Source of the DNA: Rhodococcus rhodnii NBRC 100604 | GTDB taxonomy: Bacteria; Actinomycetota; Actinomycetes; Mycobacteriales; Mycobacteriaceae | Assembly: GCF_001894925.1 (NCBI RefSeq) | Contig: NZ_BCXD01000022.1 | Location: 1 to 32,000 of the forward strand | DNA length: 32,000 nt | Direction: 5' to 3' | In this document: one piece after another, positions 16,527 through 25,293 of the stretch | Layout: every line of letters starts with the position of its first letter | Position numbering within the stretch: the stretch's first letter is position 1 | The notes under the pieces: generated by a model | The model's input: the letters and a program-made list of their open reading frames with translations, nothing else | What the model was told of the DNA's origin: nothing | Database searches by the model: none | Program-made: the position numbers and the translations under genes

Positions 16527-17716
16527 GCCCGGAACGCCGCGTGTCCGGTGAGGGCCTTGCCGATCGACAGCAGGTGCATCTCGCTGGTGCCCTCGTACGT
16601 CAACACCGACTCGAGATTGTTGGCGTGGCGCAGTGCCGGGTACTCGAGGGTGATACCGCTCGCACCGAGCAGCGTCCGGCACTCCCGGACGATGCGCAGG
16701 GCTTCACGAACGTTGTTGAGCTTGCCGACGCTGATCTGCTCGGGCCGGATGGAACCCGAATCCTTCAGTCCTGCAAGGTGAAGAGCCAGCAACATGCCCT
16801 TGCCGAGTTCGACGGTCATGTTGGCGAGCTTCTCCTGCGTCAGCTGGAACGCAGCGAGCGGGCGATCGAACACCTCGCGGTGTTCGGTGTACTCGAGTGT
16901 CGCCTCGAGCGAGTCGCGGGCGGCGCCCAACGCACCGAACACGATCCCGAAACGTGCTTCGTTAAGGCACGAGAGCGGAGCGCCGAGACCGCGTGCCTCG
17001 GGCAGTTCCGCCGACGCCGGAAGCCGCACCCCGTCGAGCACGAGTTCCGAGGTCACGGACGCGCGCAGCGAAAGCTTCCGGGAGATAGCGGACGCCGAGA
17101 AACCCGGAGTGTCGGTCGGGACCACGAAACCCCGCACGCCCTCGTCGGTCTGGGCCCAGACGGTCGCGACATCCGCGAGACTGCCGTTGGTGATCCACAT
17201 CTTCGAGCCGTCGAGCACCCAGTCGTCACCGACCCGCTTCGCACGGGTGCGCATTCCGCCCGGGTTCGATCCGAAGTCGGGCTCGGTGAGGCCGAAGCAT
17301 CCGATGGCGTCGCCGGACGCGAGCCGCGGCAGCCACTCCTGCTTCTGCTCCTCGGACCCGAAGCGATGGATCGAGAACATCGACAGCGAACCCTGCACCG
17401 AGACGAAGGAACGGAGCCCGCTGTCGCCTGCCTCGAGCTCGAGGCAGGCCAGCCCGTAGCTCAGTGCGGTGGTGCCGGCACAGCCGTACCCGTCGAGATG
17501 CATCCCGAGCAGCCCGATCCTGCCGAACTCACGAGCGAGATCACGTGGCAGCGAACCCGATTCGAACCACTCTGCGATGTGCGGCCGCAGCGTCGTGTCG
17601 ACGAACCGGCGAACCGTCGACGCGATGTCGCGCTCCTCCTCACCGAGGAGCGAATCGATGTCGAGCAGGCCGAGCGGGGTCCTGGTGGCGGCCGGTGATG
17701 CCAGTGTTGCAGTCAT
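16523..17716 (-). CDS. gcdH: Acyl-CoA dehydrogenase, glutaryl-CoA dehydrogenase-like
   Basis: 397 aa from ATG 17716 inside track ORF 16523..17764. Motifs GCFGLTEPDFGSNPGGMRTRA, WITNG and VLTYEGTSEMHLL. Pairing with a family III CoA-transferase matches the known gcdH-gcoT arrangement in Pseudomonas. Confidence 0.82.
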   Translation of the reverse strand: MTATLASPAATRTPLGLLDIDSLLGEEERDIASTVRRFVDTTLRPHIAEWFESGSLPRDLAREFGRIGLLGMHLDGYGCAGTTALSYGLACLELEAGDSGLRSFVSVQGSLSMFSIHRFGSEEQKQEWLPRLASGDAIGCFGLTEPDFGSNPGGMRTRAKRVGDDWVLDGSKMWITNGSLADVATVWAQTDEGVRGFVVPTDTPGFSASAISRKLSLRASVTSELVLDGVRLPASAELPEARGLGAPLSCLNEARFGIVFGALGAARDSLEATLEYTEHREVFDRPLAAFQLTQEKLANMTVELGKGMLLALHLAGLKDSGSIRPEQISVGKLNNVREALRIVRECRTLLGASGITLEYPALRHANNLESVLTYEGTSEMHLLSIGKALTGHAAFRA

Positions 17717-17738
17717 GGCGAGGCGTCTCTTTCTGTGA

Positions 17739-19133
17739 TCAGGGAGCGACGGTGGCGAATGCACTGCGCAGCACCGCGAGCCCGTCGTCGAGCAGGTCGT
17801 CGGAGATCGACAGCGGGGGCAGGAACCGCAGGACGTTGCCGTAGGTCCCCGCTGTGAGTGTGAGCAGACCGTTGCGATGGCAGTACGCGTTCACCGCTGC
17901 GGTGACGGTGGGATTCGGCGTGGCGGTGCCCGGTTCGACGAGCTCGACCGCGATCATCGCGCCACGTCCACGGACATCACCGACGACATCGTGGGACGAC
18001 GCGATCTCACCGAGCGCGAGGAGCATTCGGTCACCGATCTCACGAGCTCGGCCGAGAAGCCCCTCCTCGCGAATCGTCTCGAAGACGGCGAGGGCCGCTG
18101 CGCAGGCCACCGGATTACCGCTGTAGGTTCCGCCGATTCCGCCGGGAGGCGCGGCGTCCATGATGTCGGCCCGGCCCGTGACGGCGCCGATCGGCATACC
18201 GCCGCCGAGCCCCTTCGCGGTGACCAGCATGTCGGGTACGACGGATTCGTGCTCGCATGCGAACCACTCACCGGTGCGCCCGATTCCCGTCTGTACCTCG
18301 TCCGCGACGAACACGATTCCGCGGGCGGAGCAGAAGTCGCGCACGCGGGTGAGGAAGCCGGGCGGCGGAACGATGAAGCCACCCTCCCCCTGGATGGGTT
18401 CGAGTACGACGCACGCCACCGAGTCGGCGCCGATCTGCGCGTCGATCAGCAGTTCCAGCTGAGCGAGCGCTTCGTCGGCGGCGTTCGCCGGCCCACTCGG
18501 CCACCGGTACGGATACGGCATCGGCGCCCGGTACACCTCGGGCGCGAAGGGCCCGAACGCGTGCTTGTACGGGCGATTCTTCGCCGTCATCGTCATCGTC
18601 ATCAGCGTGCGGCCGTGGAAGGCGTGATCGAACGTCACGACGGCGGAGCGGCCGGTGAAGGCCCGCGCGTACTTGATGGCGTTCTCCACCGCCTCACTGC
18701 CGGTGTTGAACAGCGCGGTGCGCTTCTCGTGGTCGCCGGGGGTGAGGGCGTTGAGTTCCTCGGCGACCGCGACGTATCCCTCGTACGGGGTCGCGAGAAA
18801 GCAGGTGTGGGTGAACGACCGCGCCTGTGCATCCATTCGCGCGACGACGCGGGGCGCCGCGTTGCCGACCGTCGTCACCGCGATGCCGCTGCCGAAGTCG
18901 ATGAATCGGTTGCCGTCGACATCCTCGACGATCCCACCCGACGCCGCTCCGACGTAGACGTCCGCCCCGCTGAGCAGCCCCGCGGGTACGGCGCGCGAGC
19001 GTCTCGCGGCGAGGTCGCGCGAGCGTTCGCCCGGCAACTCGGTCGCGATGTGGCGGGACTGCGGGGGCGGCTCGCCCGCGTCCGGTCCGGTGGGTACCAC
19101 CTGCACTGCCGGGGTCACCTGCACTGATGTCAT
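17739..19133 (-). CDS. gabT: Class III PLP aminotransferase (4-aminobutyrate / 5-aminovalerate aminotransferase)
   Basis: 464 aa. GAAGGAGA Shine-Dalgarno directly upstream of ATG 19133. Motifs NTGSEAVENAIK, VADEVQTGIGRTGEWFA and the PLP-lysine context LVTAKGLGGG. Confidence 0.88.
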   Translation of the reverse strand: MTSVQVTPAVQVVPTGPDAGEPPPQSRHIATELPGERSRDLAARRSRAVPAGLLSGADVYVGAASGGIVEDVDGNRFIDFGSGIAVTTVGNAAPRVVARMDAQARSFTHTCFLATPYEGYVAVAEELNALTPGDHEKRTALFNTGSEAVENAIKYARAFTGRSAVVTFDHAFHGRTLMTMTMTAKNRPYKHAFGPFAPEVYRAPMPYPYRWPSGPANAADEALAQLELLIDAQIGADSVACVVLEPIQGEGGFIVPPPGFLTRVRDFCSARGIVFVADEVQTGIGRTGEWFACEHESVVPDMLVTAKGLGGGMPIGAVTGRADIMDAAPPGGIGGTYSGNPVACAAALAVFETIREEGLLGRAREIGDRMLLALGEIASSHDVVGDVRGRGAMIAVELVEPGTATPNPTVTAAVNAYCHRNGLLTLTAGTYGNVLRFLPPLSISDDLLDDGLAVLRSAFATVAP

Positions 19134-19282
19134 GCGTCTCCTTCGCGGTTCGTAGGGCCGACTCTAGGAGTGCGCCACCCGACCGCGAACCCTCCGAAGT
19201 GGCCGATGACGGGGGCGATCTTGTACAGCACGGACGGTCGACGGACTGCGTCGTCTCCGTCCGCGACCTTCCGGTCCGGCGC

Positions 19283-19301
19283 ACAGGTTAGGCTTTCCTC
19301 A
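19283..19301. promoter_or_regulatory. Candidate IdeR/DtxR iron box
   Basis: acAGGTTAGGCTTtCCTcA against the IdeR consensus TWAGGTWAGSCTWACCTWA gives 15 of 19 matches. The left half-site is essentially perfect. It ends 18 nt upstream of the siderophore-binding protein start. Confidence 0.45.
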
Positions 19302-19319
19302 TTCGGAAGGAGTTTTTCT

Positions 19320-20321
19320 GTGCCCACCCCCATGACACGGCGACTCGCGGTGGCCGCCCTGGCCGCGACGACGGCGATCGCCCTCGCTGCCTGCTCGTCG
19401 GACGACGCCGACACCTCCGCGGCGCCGGGCGGCGACGGCTATCCCGTCACCATCGCCAACACCTTCGGTGAGACGACGATCGACGCGAAGCCCGAGACCA
19501 TCACGACCCTCGGCTGGAACGCCGAGGACATCGTCTACGCGCTCGGCGAGACACCCGCGGCGATGCCGCGGCACAGCTACGGCGCCGAGGAGAACGGCGT
19601 CATGCCGTGGCTGCAGGATCGCTACGATCCGTCCGCGACGACCCTCCTCGACACCGAGAACTCGACTCCGGTCGAGGCGATCGCGGCCGTCGGCCCCGAC
19701 GTGATCCTCGCACCCTACGAGGGCTTCGATCAGGACACCTACGACAAGCTCTCGGCGCTCGCCCCGACCGTCGCCTACCCCGGCGACGCGTGGCAGACGT
19801 CGTGGCAGGAGCAGACCGAGATCGTCGGCGAAGCGCTCGGCAAGTCCGACGAGGCAGCCGAACTCGTGCGGGGTCTGGACGACACGCTCGCCCGGACGGC
19901 TGCGGAACACCCCGAGTTCGAGGGCAGGACGATCTCCGTCATCGACGTCTCGCAGCCGGGCACCGTGAACGTCTACATGCCCACCGACGCCCGCGTCCAG
20001 CTGCTCACGTCGCTCGGGTTCACGCTCGCGCCCGGCGTGCAGGCGCTGGCCGACGCCGCCGAGGACAAGACGTTCTTCACGGAGATCTCGGCCGAGAACG
20101 TCTCCGACGTCGACGCCGACGTCGTGATCGCCTTTTCCACGACGGGTACCGACCCGACCACCAGCCCCGCCCTCGCGGGTCTCGGGGCCACCGAGCGCGG
20201 CGGACTCGTCCCCATGACCGACACGAAGATCGTTGCGGGCCTGAGCCAATCCAGTGTGCTCGCGACTCCCTGGGTGCTCGAACAGATCACGCCGATGCTC
20301 TCGGAGGCCGCGCAGCGCTGA
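19320..20321 (+). CDS. Iron-siderophore ABC-type substrate-binding lipoprotein (FecB/FhuD-like), with no adjacent permease or ATPase
   Basis: Inside track ORF 19170..20321. Preferred start is GTG 19320, with GGAAGGAG 7 nt upstream; ATG 19332 is the alternative. Signal peptide with lipobox IALAAC. Sequence style matches periplasmic siderophore-binding proteins (TTLGWNAEDIVYALG, GPDVILA). Confidence 0.78.
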   Translation: MPTPMTRRLAVAALAATTAIALAACSSDDADTSAAPGGDGYPVTIANTFGETTIDAKPETITTLGWNAEDIVYALGETPAAMPRHSYGAEENGVMPWLQDRYDPSATTLLDTENSTPVEAIAAVGPDVILAPYEGFDQDTYDKLSALAPTVAYPGDAWQTSWQEQTEIVGEALGKSDEAAELVRGLDDTLARTAAEHPEFEGRTISVIDVSQPGTVNVYMPTDARVQLLTSLGFTLAPGVQALADAAEDKTFFTEISAENVSDVDADVVIAFSTTGTDPTTSPALAGLGATERGGLVPMTDTKIVAGLSQSSVLATPWVLEQITPMLSEAAQR

Positions 20322-20337
20322 CCCGCTCGCAACCTCG

Positions 20338-20406
20338 CGAACCGACCCCGACGTCGCGCCTTCGGGCGTAGCGTGCCCGTCAGGCACCGACATCGGGGTC
20401 GGTTCG
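20338..20406 (+). other. 69-nt intergenic three-way-junction stem-loop element
   Basis: Outer stem 20338-20356 pairs with 20388-20406: 19 positions, 18 Watson-Crick pairs and one C-A mismatch. It encloses hairpin CGCC-TTCG-GGCG (20357-20368) and hairpin GTGCC-CGTCA-GGCAC (20373-20387), joined by TAGC. Confidence 0.6.
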
Positions 20407-20423
20407 TACGTGCTGGAGGAATC

Positions 20424-21857
20424 ATGTCGCAGAGCGTCGGTGGTTACGACAGCGCGTCACGCGCCGACATCGGCCACGCCGTCCTCTACGCCGCCGCGGC
20501 GGCGCTGGGCGGCTTCATGTTCGGCTACGACACCGCCGTCATCAACGGCGCCGTCGGCGCGATCCGGGATCACTTCGAGATCGGGGCCGGCGAAACGGGA
20601 CTCGCGGTCTCGCTGACCCTGCTCGGCGCCGCACTCGGCGCCTGGACCGCGGGCCGCATCGCCGACCGCATCGGCCGAATCCGGGTCATGCGCATCGCCG
20701 CGATCCTCTTCGCGATCGGCTCGCTCGGTTCGGCCTTCCCGTTCAGCATCATCGACCTCACGTTCTGGCGATTCATCGGCGGCACCGCTGTTGGTCTCGC
20801 CTCCGTGATCTCTCCCGCCTACATCGCCGAGATCTCACCCGCCCGCATCCGTGGCCGGCTCGGTTCGATGTATCAGCTCGCGATCGTCCTCGGCATCGCC
20901 GTGTCCCAGCTCGTCAACTACGCACTCGCCTCGGCGGCGGGCGGCGCCGGCGAGAACCTGCTCGGCATCGACGCCTGGCAGTGGATGCTCGCGATCGCGG
21001 CGATCCCGTCGCTGCTCTATCTCGTTCTCACCGCGACGATCCCGGAGTCGCCACGCTTCCTCGTCGCGCAGGGCAAGCTCGACCGGGCGCGCAAGATCAT
21101 CGCCGATCTCGAGGGGGGCGACGAGGCACGCGTGACGGCACGGATCGACGAGATCCGCGAGTCGCTCGGCGCCGAGCGTACCCAGGTCAGCGTGCGCGCG
21201 TTGTTCTCGAAGATCACCGGCGTCCGCGCGCTCGTGTTCATCGGCATCGGGCTCGCGATGCTGCAGCAGTTCGTCGGCATCAACGTGATCTTCTACTACT
21301 CGTCGACGCTGTGGCAGGCCGTCGGCTTCGGTGAAGACCGCTCGCTGTTCATCAGCGTCGTGTCCGCACTGGTCAGCATCGTCGGCACCTTCGTCGCGAT
21401 CGCGATGATCGACCGCGTCGGACGAAAACCGCTCCTGCTCGTCGGCTCGCTCGGTATGACGATCTCGCTCGCGACCGCCGCCGTGTGCTTCCACTCCGCG
21501 GAGATCACCCGCAACGCCGACGGCGAGACCGTCGCGACGCTGAGCGGCGCGAACGGGACGATCGCCCTCATCGCCGCGAACGCGTTCGTGTTCTTCTTCG
21601 CCGCGTCGTGGGGCCCGGTCGTCTGGGTCCTCATCAGCGAGATCTTCCCGAACCGCGTGCGTGCCGCCGCGGTCGGCGTCGCGACGGCGTCGAACTGGAT
21701 CGCGAACTTCGTCGTCTCCTCGACGTTCCCGTCGCTGTCCGAATGGAACCTCTCGACCACGTACGGCATCTACGCGCTCATGGCGCTCGCGTCGATCCTG
21801 TTCGTCGTGAAGGTGGTACCCGAACCGAAGGGGCGGACGCTCGAAGAGGACGGCTGA
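20424..21857 (+). CDS. MFS sugar porter family transporter
   Basis: 477 aa from ATG 20424 (GGAGGA 3 nt upstream) inside track ORF 20373..21857. Sugar-porter signatures GRIADRIGRIR, PESPRFL, and PEPKGRTLEE at the C-terminus. About 12 hydrophobic segments. Confidence 0.9.
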   Translation: MSQSVGGYDSASRADIGHAVLYAAAAALGGFMFGYDTAVINGAVGAIRDHFEIGAGETGLAVSLTLLGAALGAWTAGRIADRIGRIRVMRIAAILFAIGSLGSAFPFSIIDLTFWRFIGGTAVGLASVISPAYIAEISPARIRGRLGSMYQLAIVLGIAVSQLVNYALASAAGGAGENLLGIDAWQWMLAIAAIPSLLYLVLTATIPESPRFLVAQGKLDRARKIIADLEGGDEARVTARIDEIRESLGAERTQVSVRALFSKITGVRALVFIGIGLAMLQQFVGINVIFYYSSTLWQAVGFGEDRSLFISVVSALVSIVGTFVAIAMIDRVGRKPLLLVGSLGMTISLATAAVCFHSAEITRNADGETVATLSGANGTIALIAANAFVFFFAASWGPVVWVLISEIFPNRVRAAAVGVATASNWIANFVVSSTFPSLSEWNLSTTYGIYALMALASILFVVKVVPEPKGRTLEEDG

Positions 21858-21860
21858 GCC

Positions 21861-23774
21861 TCAGGCTCCGACGGGGCCCGCGGTCCCCGCACCGCCGCTC
21901 GTCTCGGCGACCCAGTCTCCGATGCGACGTGCGATGTCGTCGGCGGTGAGCCCGAGCCGCGCGTGGATCCGGTCCCGCGAGGCGTGATCGAGGAACTGCT
22001 GCGGCACACCGAGTTCGCGAGTCGGGGTGCACACACCCGCGGCGCGCAGCGCCGACGAGACCGCCGACCCGGCACCGCCGTGCACCCCGCTGTCCTCGAC
22101 CGTCACGACGAGCGACGCATCGGCAGCGAGCTTGACGACGGCCGCCGGAACCGGCAGCACCCACCGGGGGTCGACGACGACGGCGTCGATACCGCGAGAC
22201 GCGAGCCGCTCGGCAGCACCGATCGCCGCCGACGCGAACGGGCCGACCGCGACGACGAGCACTGCACCGGCACGCTCGTTCGGGCTGTGCAGTACGTCGA
22301 CGACGCCGTCGAGCCGCTCGATCGCGGGGATGTCGTCGCCGACGGTGCCCTTGGGGAACCGCAGCGCCGTCGGGCCGTCGCCGACCTCGAGCGCTTCACC
22401 GAGCTCTTCGCGCAGGCTCGCGGTGTCACGCGGCGCCGCGACCCGCATGCCGGGAACGATGCCGAGCAGCGAGAGATCCCACATCCCGTTGTGGCTCGCG
22501 CCGTCGCTGCCCGTGATGCCGGCGCGGTCCAGGACGAGGGTGACGGGAAGTTTCAGGAGCGCGACGTCCATGAGCAGTTGGTCGAACGCGCGATTGAGGA
22601 AGGTCGAGTACACCGCGACGACGGGGTGCATCCCGCCGAGCGCGAGACCCGCCGCGGACGTCACTGCGTGCTGCTCGGCGATACCGACGTCGAACATCCG
22701 GTCGGGATAGTGAGCGCCGAATTCGGCGAGCCCGGTCGGGCCCGCCATCGCTGCCGTGATCGCGACGACGTCCTCGCGCGTCCGGGCGCGGTCGATCAGT
22801 TCCGACGAGAACACGGACGTCCAGTCCGGGGCAGCAGCGGCGATCGACTTGCCGGTGATCGGATCGATCACACCGGTCGAATGCATCTGATCGGCTTCGT
22901 GGTTCTCGGCGGGCGCGTAGCCCATCCCCTTGCGCGTCACGGCGTGGACGATGACCGGTCCGCCGAACGCCTTCGCCCTGCGCAGCGCCGACTCGAGCGA
23001 CGCGAGGTCGTGGCCGTCGACCGGACCGAAGTACTTGATACCGATGTCGGTGAACATCACCTGCGGGCTGACCGCGTCCTTGAGGCCTGTCTTCATCCCG
23101 TGCAGGACGGAGTAGGCCGCGCGGCCGACGAACGGCAGCTCGGTGATCATGCGGCGGCCGCGGTCGAGCGCACGCTCGTAGCCGGGCTGGAGCCGCAGCG
23201 ACGCGAGGTGATCGGCGAGCCCGCCGATCGTGGGTGAGTACGAGCGGCCGTTGTCGTTGACGACGATCACGAGCGGACGATCGCTGCCCGCGGCGATGTT
23301 GTTGAGCGCTTCCCAGCACATGCCGCCGGTGAGGGCGCCGTCACCGACCACGGCGACGACGTGATCGGAGCGTCCCTGCAATGCGAACGCCTTCGCGAGA
23401 CCGTCGGCGTACGACAGCGCCGCCGACGCGTGCGACGACTCGACCCAGTCGTGCTCGGATTCGGCCCGCGACGGGTAGCCCGACAGGCCGCCCTCCTTGC
23501 GCAGTCCGTCGAACTCGTCACGACGGCCCGTGAGGATCTTGTGGACGTAGGCCTGGTGCCCGGTGTCGAAGAGGATCGGCTCTCGCGGCGACTCGAACAC
23601 GCGGTGAATCGCCATCGTGAGCTCGACGACTCCGAGATTCGGACCGAGATGACCACCGGTCGCGGACACCTTCTGGACCAGGAACTCACGGATCTCCGCC
23701 GCGAGCTCGACCATCTCGTCCGACGTGAGCCGGCGCAGGTCGTCAGGCGTCCCCACTCGACCGATGACACCCAA
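21861..23774 (-). CDS. dxs: 1-deoxy-D-xylulose-5-phosphate synthase
   Basis: Track ORF 21861..23894. Preferred start is TTG 23774, with GGAGGGAG 8 nt upstream, giving an N-terminus colinear with mycobacterial Dxs (..[26 protein letters not shown]). Motifs [14 protein letters not shown], the ThDP motif GDGALTGGM...NDN, and [12 protein letters not shown]. Confidence 0.95.
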   Translation of the reverse strand: MGVIGRVGTPDDLRRLTSDEMVELAAEIREFLVQKVSATGGHLGPNLGVVELTMAIHRVFESPREPILFDTGHQAYVHKILTGRRDEFDGLRKEGGLSGYPSRAESEHDWVESSHASAALSYADGLAKAFALQGRSDHVVAVVGDGALTGGMCWEALNNIAAGSDRPLVIVVNDNGRSYSPTIGGLADHLASLRLQPGYERALDRGRRMITELPFVGRAAYSVLHGMKTGLKDAVSPQVMFTDIGIKYFGPVDGHDLASLESALRRAKAFGGPVIVHAVTRKGMGYAPAENHEADQMHSTGVIDPITGKSIAAAAPDWTSVFSSELIDRARTREDVVAITAAMAGPTGLAEFGAHYPDRMFDVGIAEQHAVTSAAGLALGGMHPVVAVYSTFLNRAFDQLLMDVALLKLPVTLVLDRAGITGSDGASHNGMWDLSLLGIVPGMRVAAPRDTASLREELGEALEVGDGPTALRFPKGTVGDDIPAIERLDGVVDVLHSPNERAGAVLVVAVGPFASAAIGAAERLASRGIDAVVVDPRWVLPVPAAVVKLAADASLVVTVEDSGVHGGAGSAVSSALRAAGVCTPTRELGVPQQFLDHASRDRIHARLGLTADDIARRIGDWVAETSGGAGTAGPVGA

Positions 23775-23946
23775 CGAGATCGCTCCCTCCGTCACGGCAT
23801 GCGGGCCACACCCGCGCACACTCCGATGCTGCCGCCTCGGCAGTTCCCCACAGTCTACGAGCAACCGGCGAGTGCGACACATCACGGCGACCACTCCGAG
23901 GTGAGCGCGTCGACCGCGGGGTGGGCGCCGAGATCGCCGCCGACGA

Positions 23947-24549
23947 TCAGAACGGAAGGACGTGCCACGCGGCGAGGAGGAGCAGAACCCCCAGGCCCAG
24001 GTCGAGGACGAAACAGAACTCGGTGAGCGAACGCGGAACGACCCGGCCTCGGATCCAGTAGATCGCGTCCCACACCGCGTGCCCGATCGCCGCAGCCGCA
24101 GCGAGGTACACCGACACGAGCGGAGCGGCGAACATCGCCGCCAGCGCGAGGCACGTGAAGCCGGCGAAGGCCGCTGCCTGCAGGACGAACTCGCGTACGT
24201 CGATCCGTGATCGGCGCAGCAGCCCCACCACCGTGAATCCGGCGGCCGCGACGATCAGCACGAGGGTGGGATCGAGTCCCGCGACACCTGCGGCGACGAC
24301 CGCGACCGACGCGAGGGCGACCATCGGCCAGCCACTACGCGGGGAGCCCACCGACGCGGCGGCGAGATAACACATCGCCGCGGTCACGATGATCATCGAC
24401 GTGACGTGCGGATCGGGCTCGCCAGGCGATTTCACGAGGAGAACGACGAGGGCGACGAGTGAGGGCCACCGTGCGAGGAGGTACCAGAGGACGGGGTGCC
24501 CGGCATGGTGGCGTGCGGGCGTTGCCGTGCGGGAAGTCGTGGATGTCAT
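23947..24549 (-). CDS. Hypothetical integral membrane protein
   Basis: 200 aa from ATG 24549 inside track ORF 23947..24663. About 6 hydrophobic segments and no recognisable motif. The alternative GTG 24663 start (GGGGGA 7 nt upstream) would put it 15 nt behind the response regulator gene. Confidence 0.55.
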   Translation of the reverse strand: MTSTTSRTATPARHHAGHPVLWYLLARWPSLVALVVLLVKSPGEPDPHVTSMIIVTAAMCYLAAASVGSPRSGWPMVALASVAVVAAGVAGLDPTLVLIVAAAGFTVVGLLRRSRIDVREFVLQAAAFAGFTCLALAAMFAAPLVSVYLAAAAAIGHAVWDAIYWIRGRVVPRSLTEFCFVLDLGLGVLLLLAAWHVLPF

Positions 24550-24678
24550 GACTTCGAGTCTCGAGTCCGCCGCCGCTCGTCGACCCCGTGCATCTGCCGT
24601 GACCGGTCGTGCACCTGTCACGGCCGACCCGTGCGGATCGCGCGAGCCTTCCGGGATCTCCACTGCCGGGTCCCCCGG

Positions 24679-25293
24679 CTACAGCCAGCCGTTCTCGCGG
24701 GCCACGCGCACCGCGTCCGAGCGGCCGTCGGCCTCGAGCTTGCGTGCAGCCGTGCCGAGATGATTGCGGACGGTCCCCTGCGACAGTCCGAGCGTCCGCG
24801 CGATCTCCCGGATCGATGTCGTCCGCGCGGCCGCGCGCAGCACATCCGTCTCGCGCGGCGTCAACGGTGTCTCCGGGGCGGTGAGTGCCTCTGCCGCGAG
24901 GACCGGGTCGACGTAACGCTCGCCCGCATGCACTCGCCGCACGACCTCCGCGAGCGCGCTGCTGGGCGCACCCTTGGCGAGGAACCCTCGCGCACCCGAT
25001 TCGAGCGCGGGCCGCAGCACGTGCGGACGACCGTGACCGGTGAGGATCACCCCGGCACATGACGGCAGCACACGGGCGAGTTCGGCGATCACACCGAGCC
25101 CGTCGAGCGACGGCATCTGGAGATCCACGACCGCGACGTCGGGCCGGTGCGCGAGTGCCGCGTCGATCGCATCGTGGCCGTTTCCCGCGGTCGCGACGAC
25201 GACGAGATCGTCGCTGCGTTCGAGCAATCCCGTCAGGGCGTCGCGGATCATCGCGTCGTCGTCGGCGAGGAGAATCCTGATCTGCCCTGTCAT
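24679..25293 (-). CDS. Two-component response regulator, NarL/LuxR family
   Basis: 204 aa from ATG 25293 inside track ORF 24679..25944. Receiver domain (ILLADDD...VAVVDLQMP). C-terminal LuxR HTH (LTPRETDVLRAAARTTSIREIARTLGLSQGTVRNHL). ATGA overlap with the kinase stop. Confidence 0.92.
   Translation of the reverse strand: MTGQIRILLADDDAMIRDALTGLLERSDDLVVVATAGNGHDAIDAALAHRPDVAVVDLQMPSLDGLGVIAELARVLPSCAGVILTGHGRPHVLRPALESGARGFLAKGAPSSALAEVVRRVHAGERYVDPVLAAEALTAPETPLTPRETDVLRAAARTTSIREIARTLGLSQGTVRNHLGTAARKLEADGRSDAVRVARENGWL

Noticed and set aside
21850-21870. Convergent stops of the MFS gene (21857) and dxs (21861) only 3 nt apart, with CTGAG-C-CTCAG symmetry that might be a bidirectional terminator.
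   Set aside because: The potential hairpin has a 1-nt loop and a 5-bp stem, so it is not a credible terminator. Tight convergent ends are common in compact genomes.
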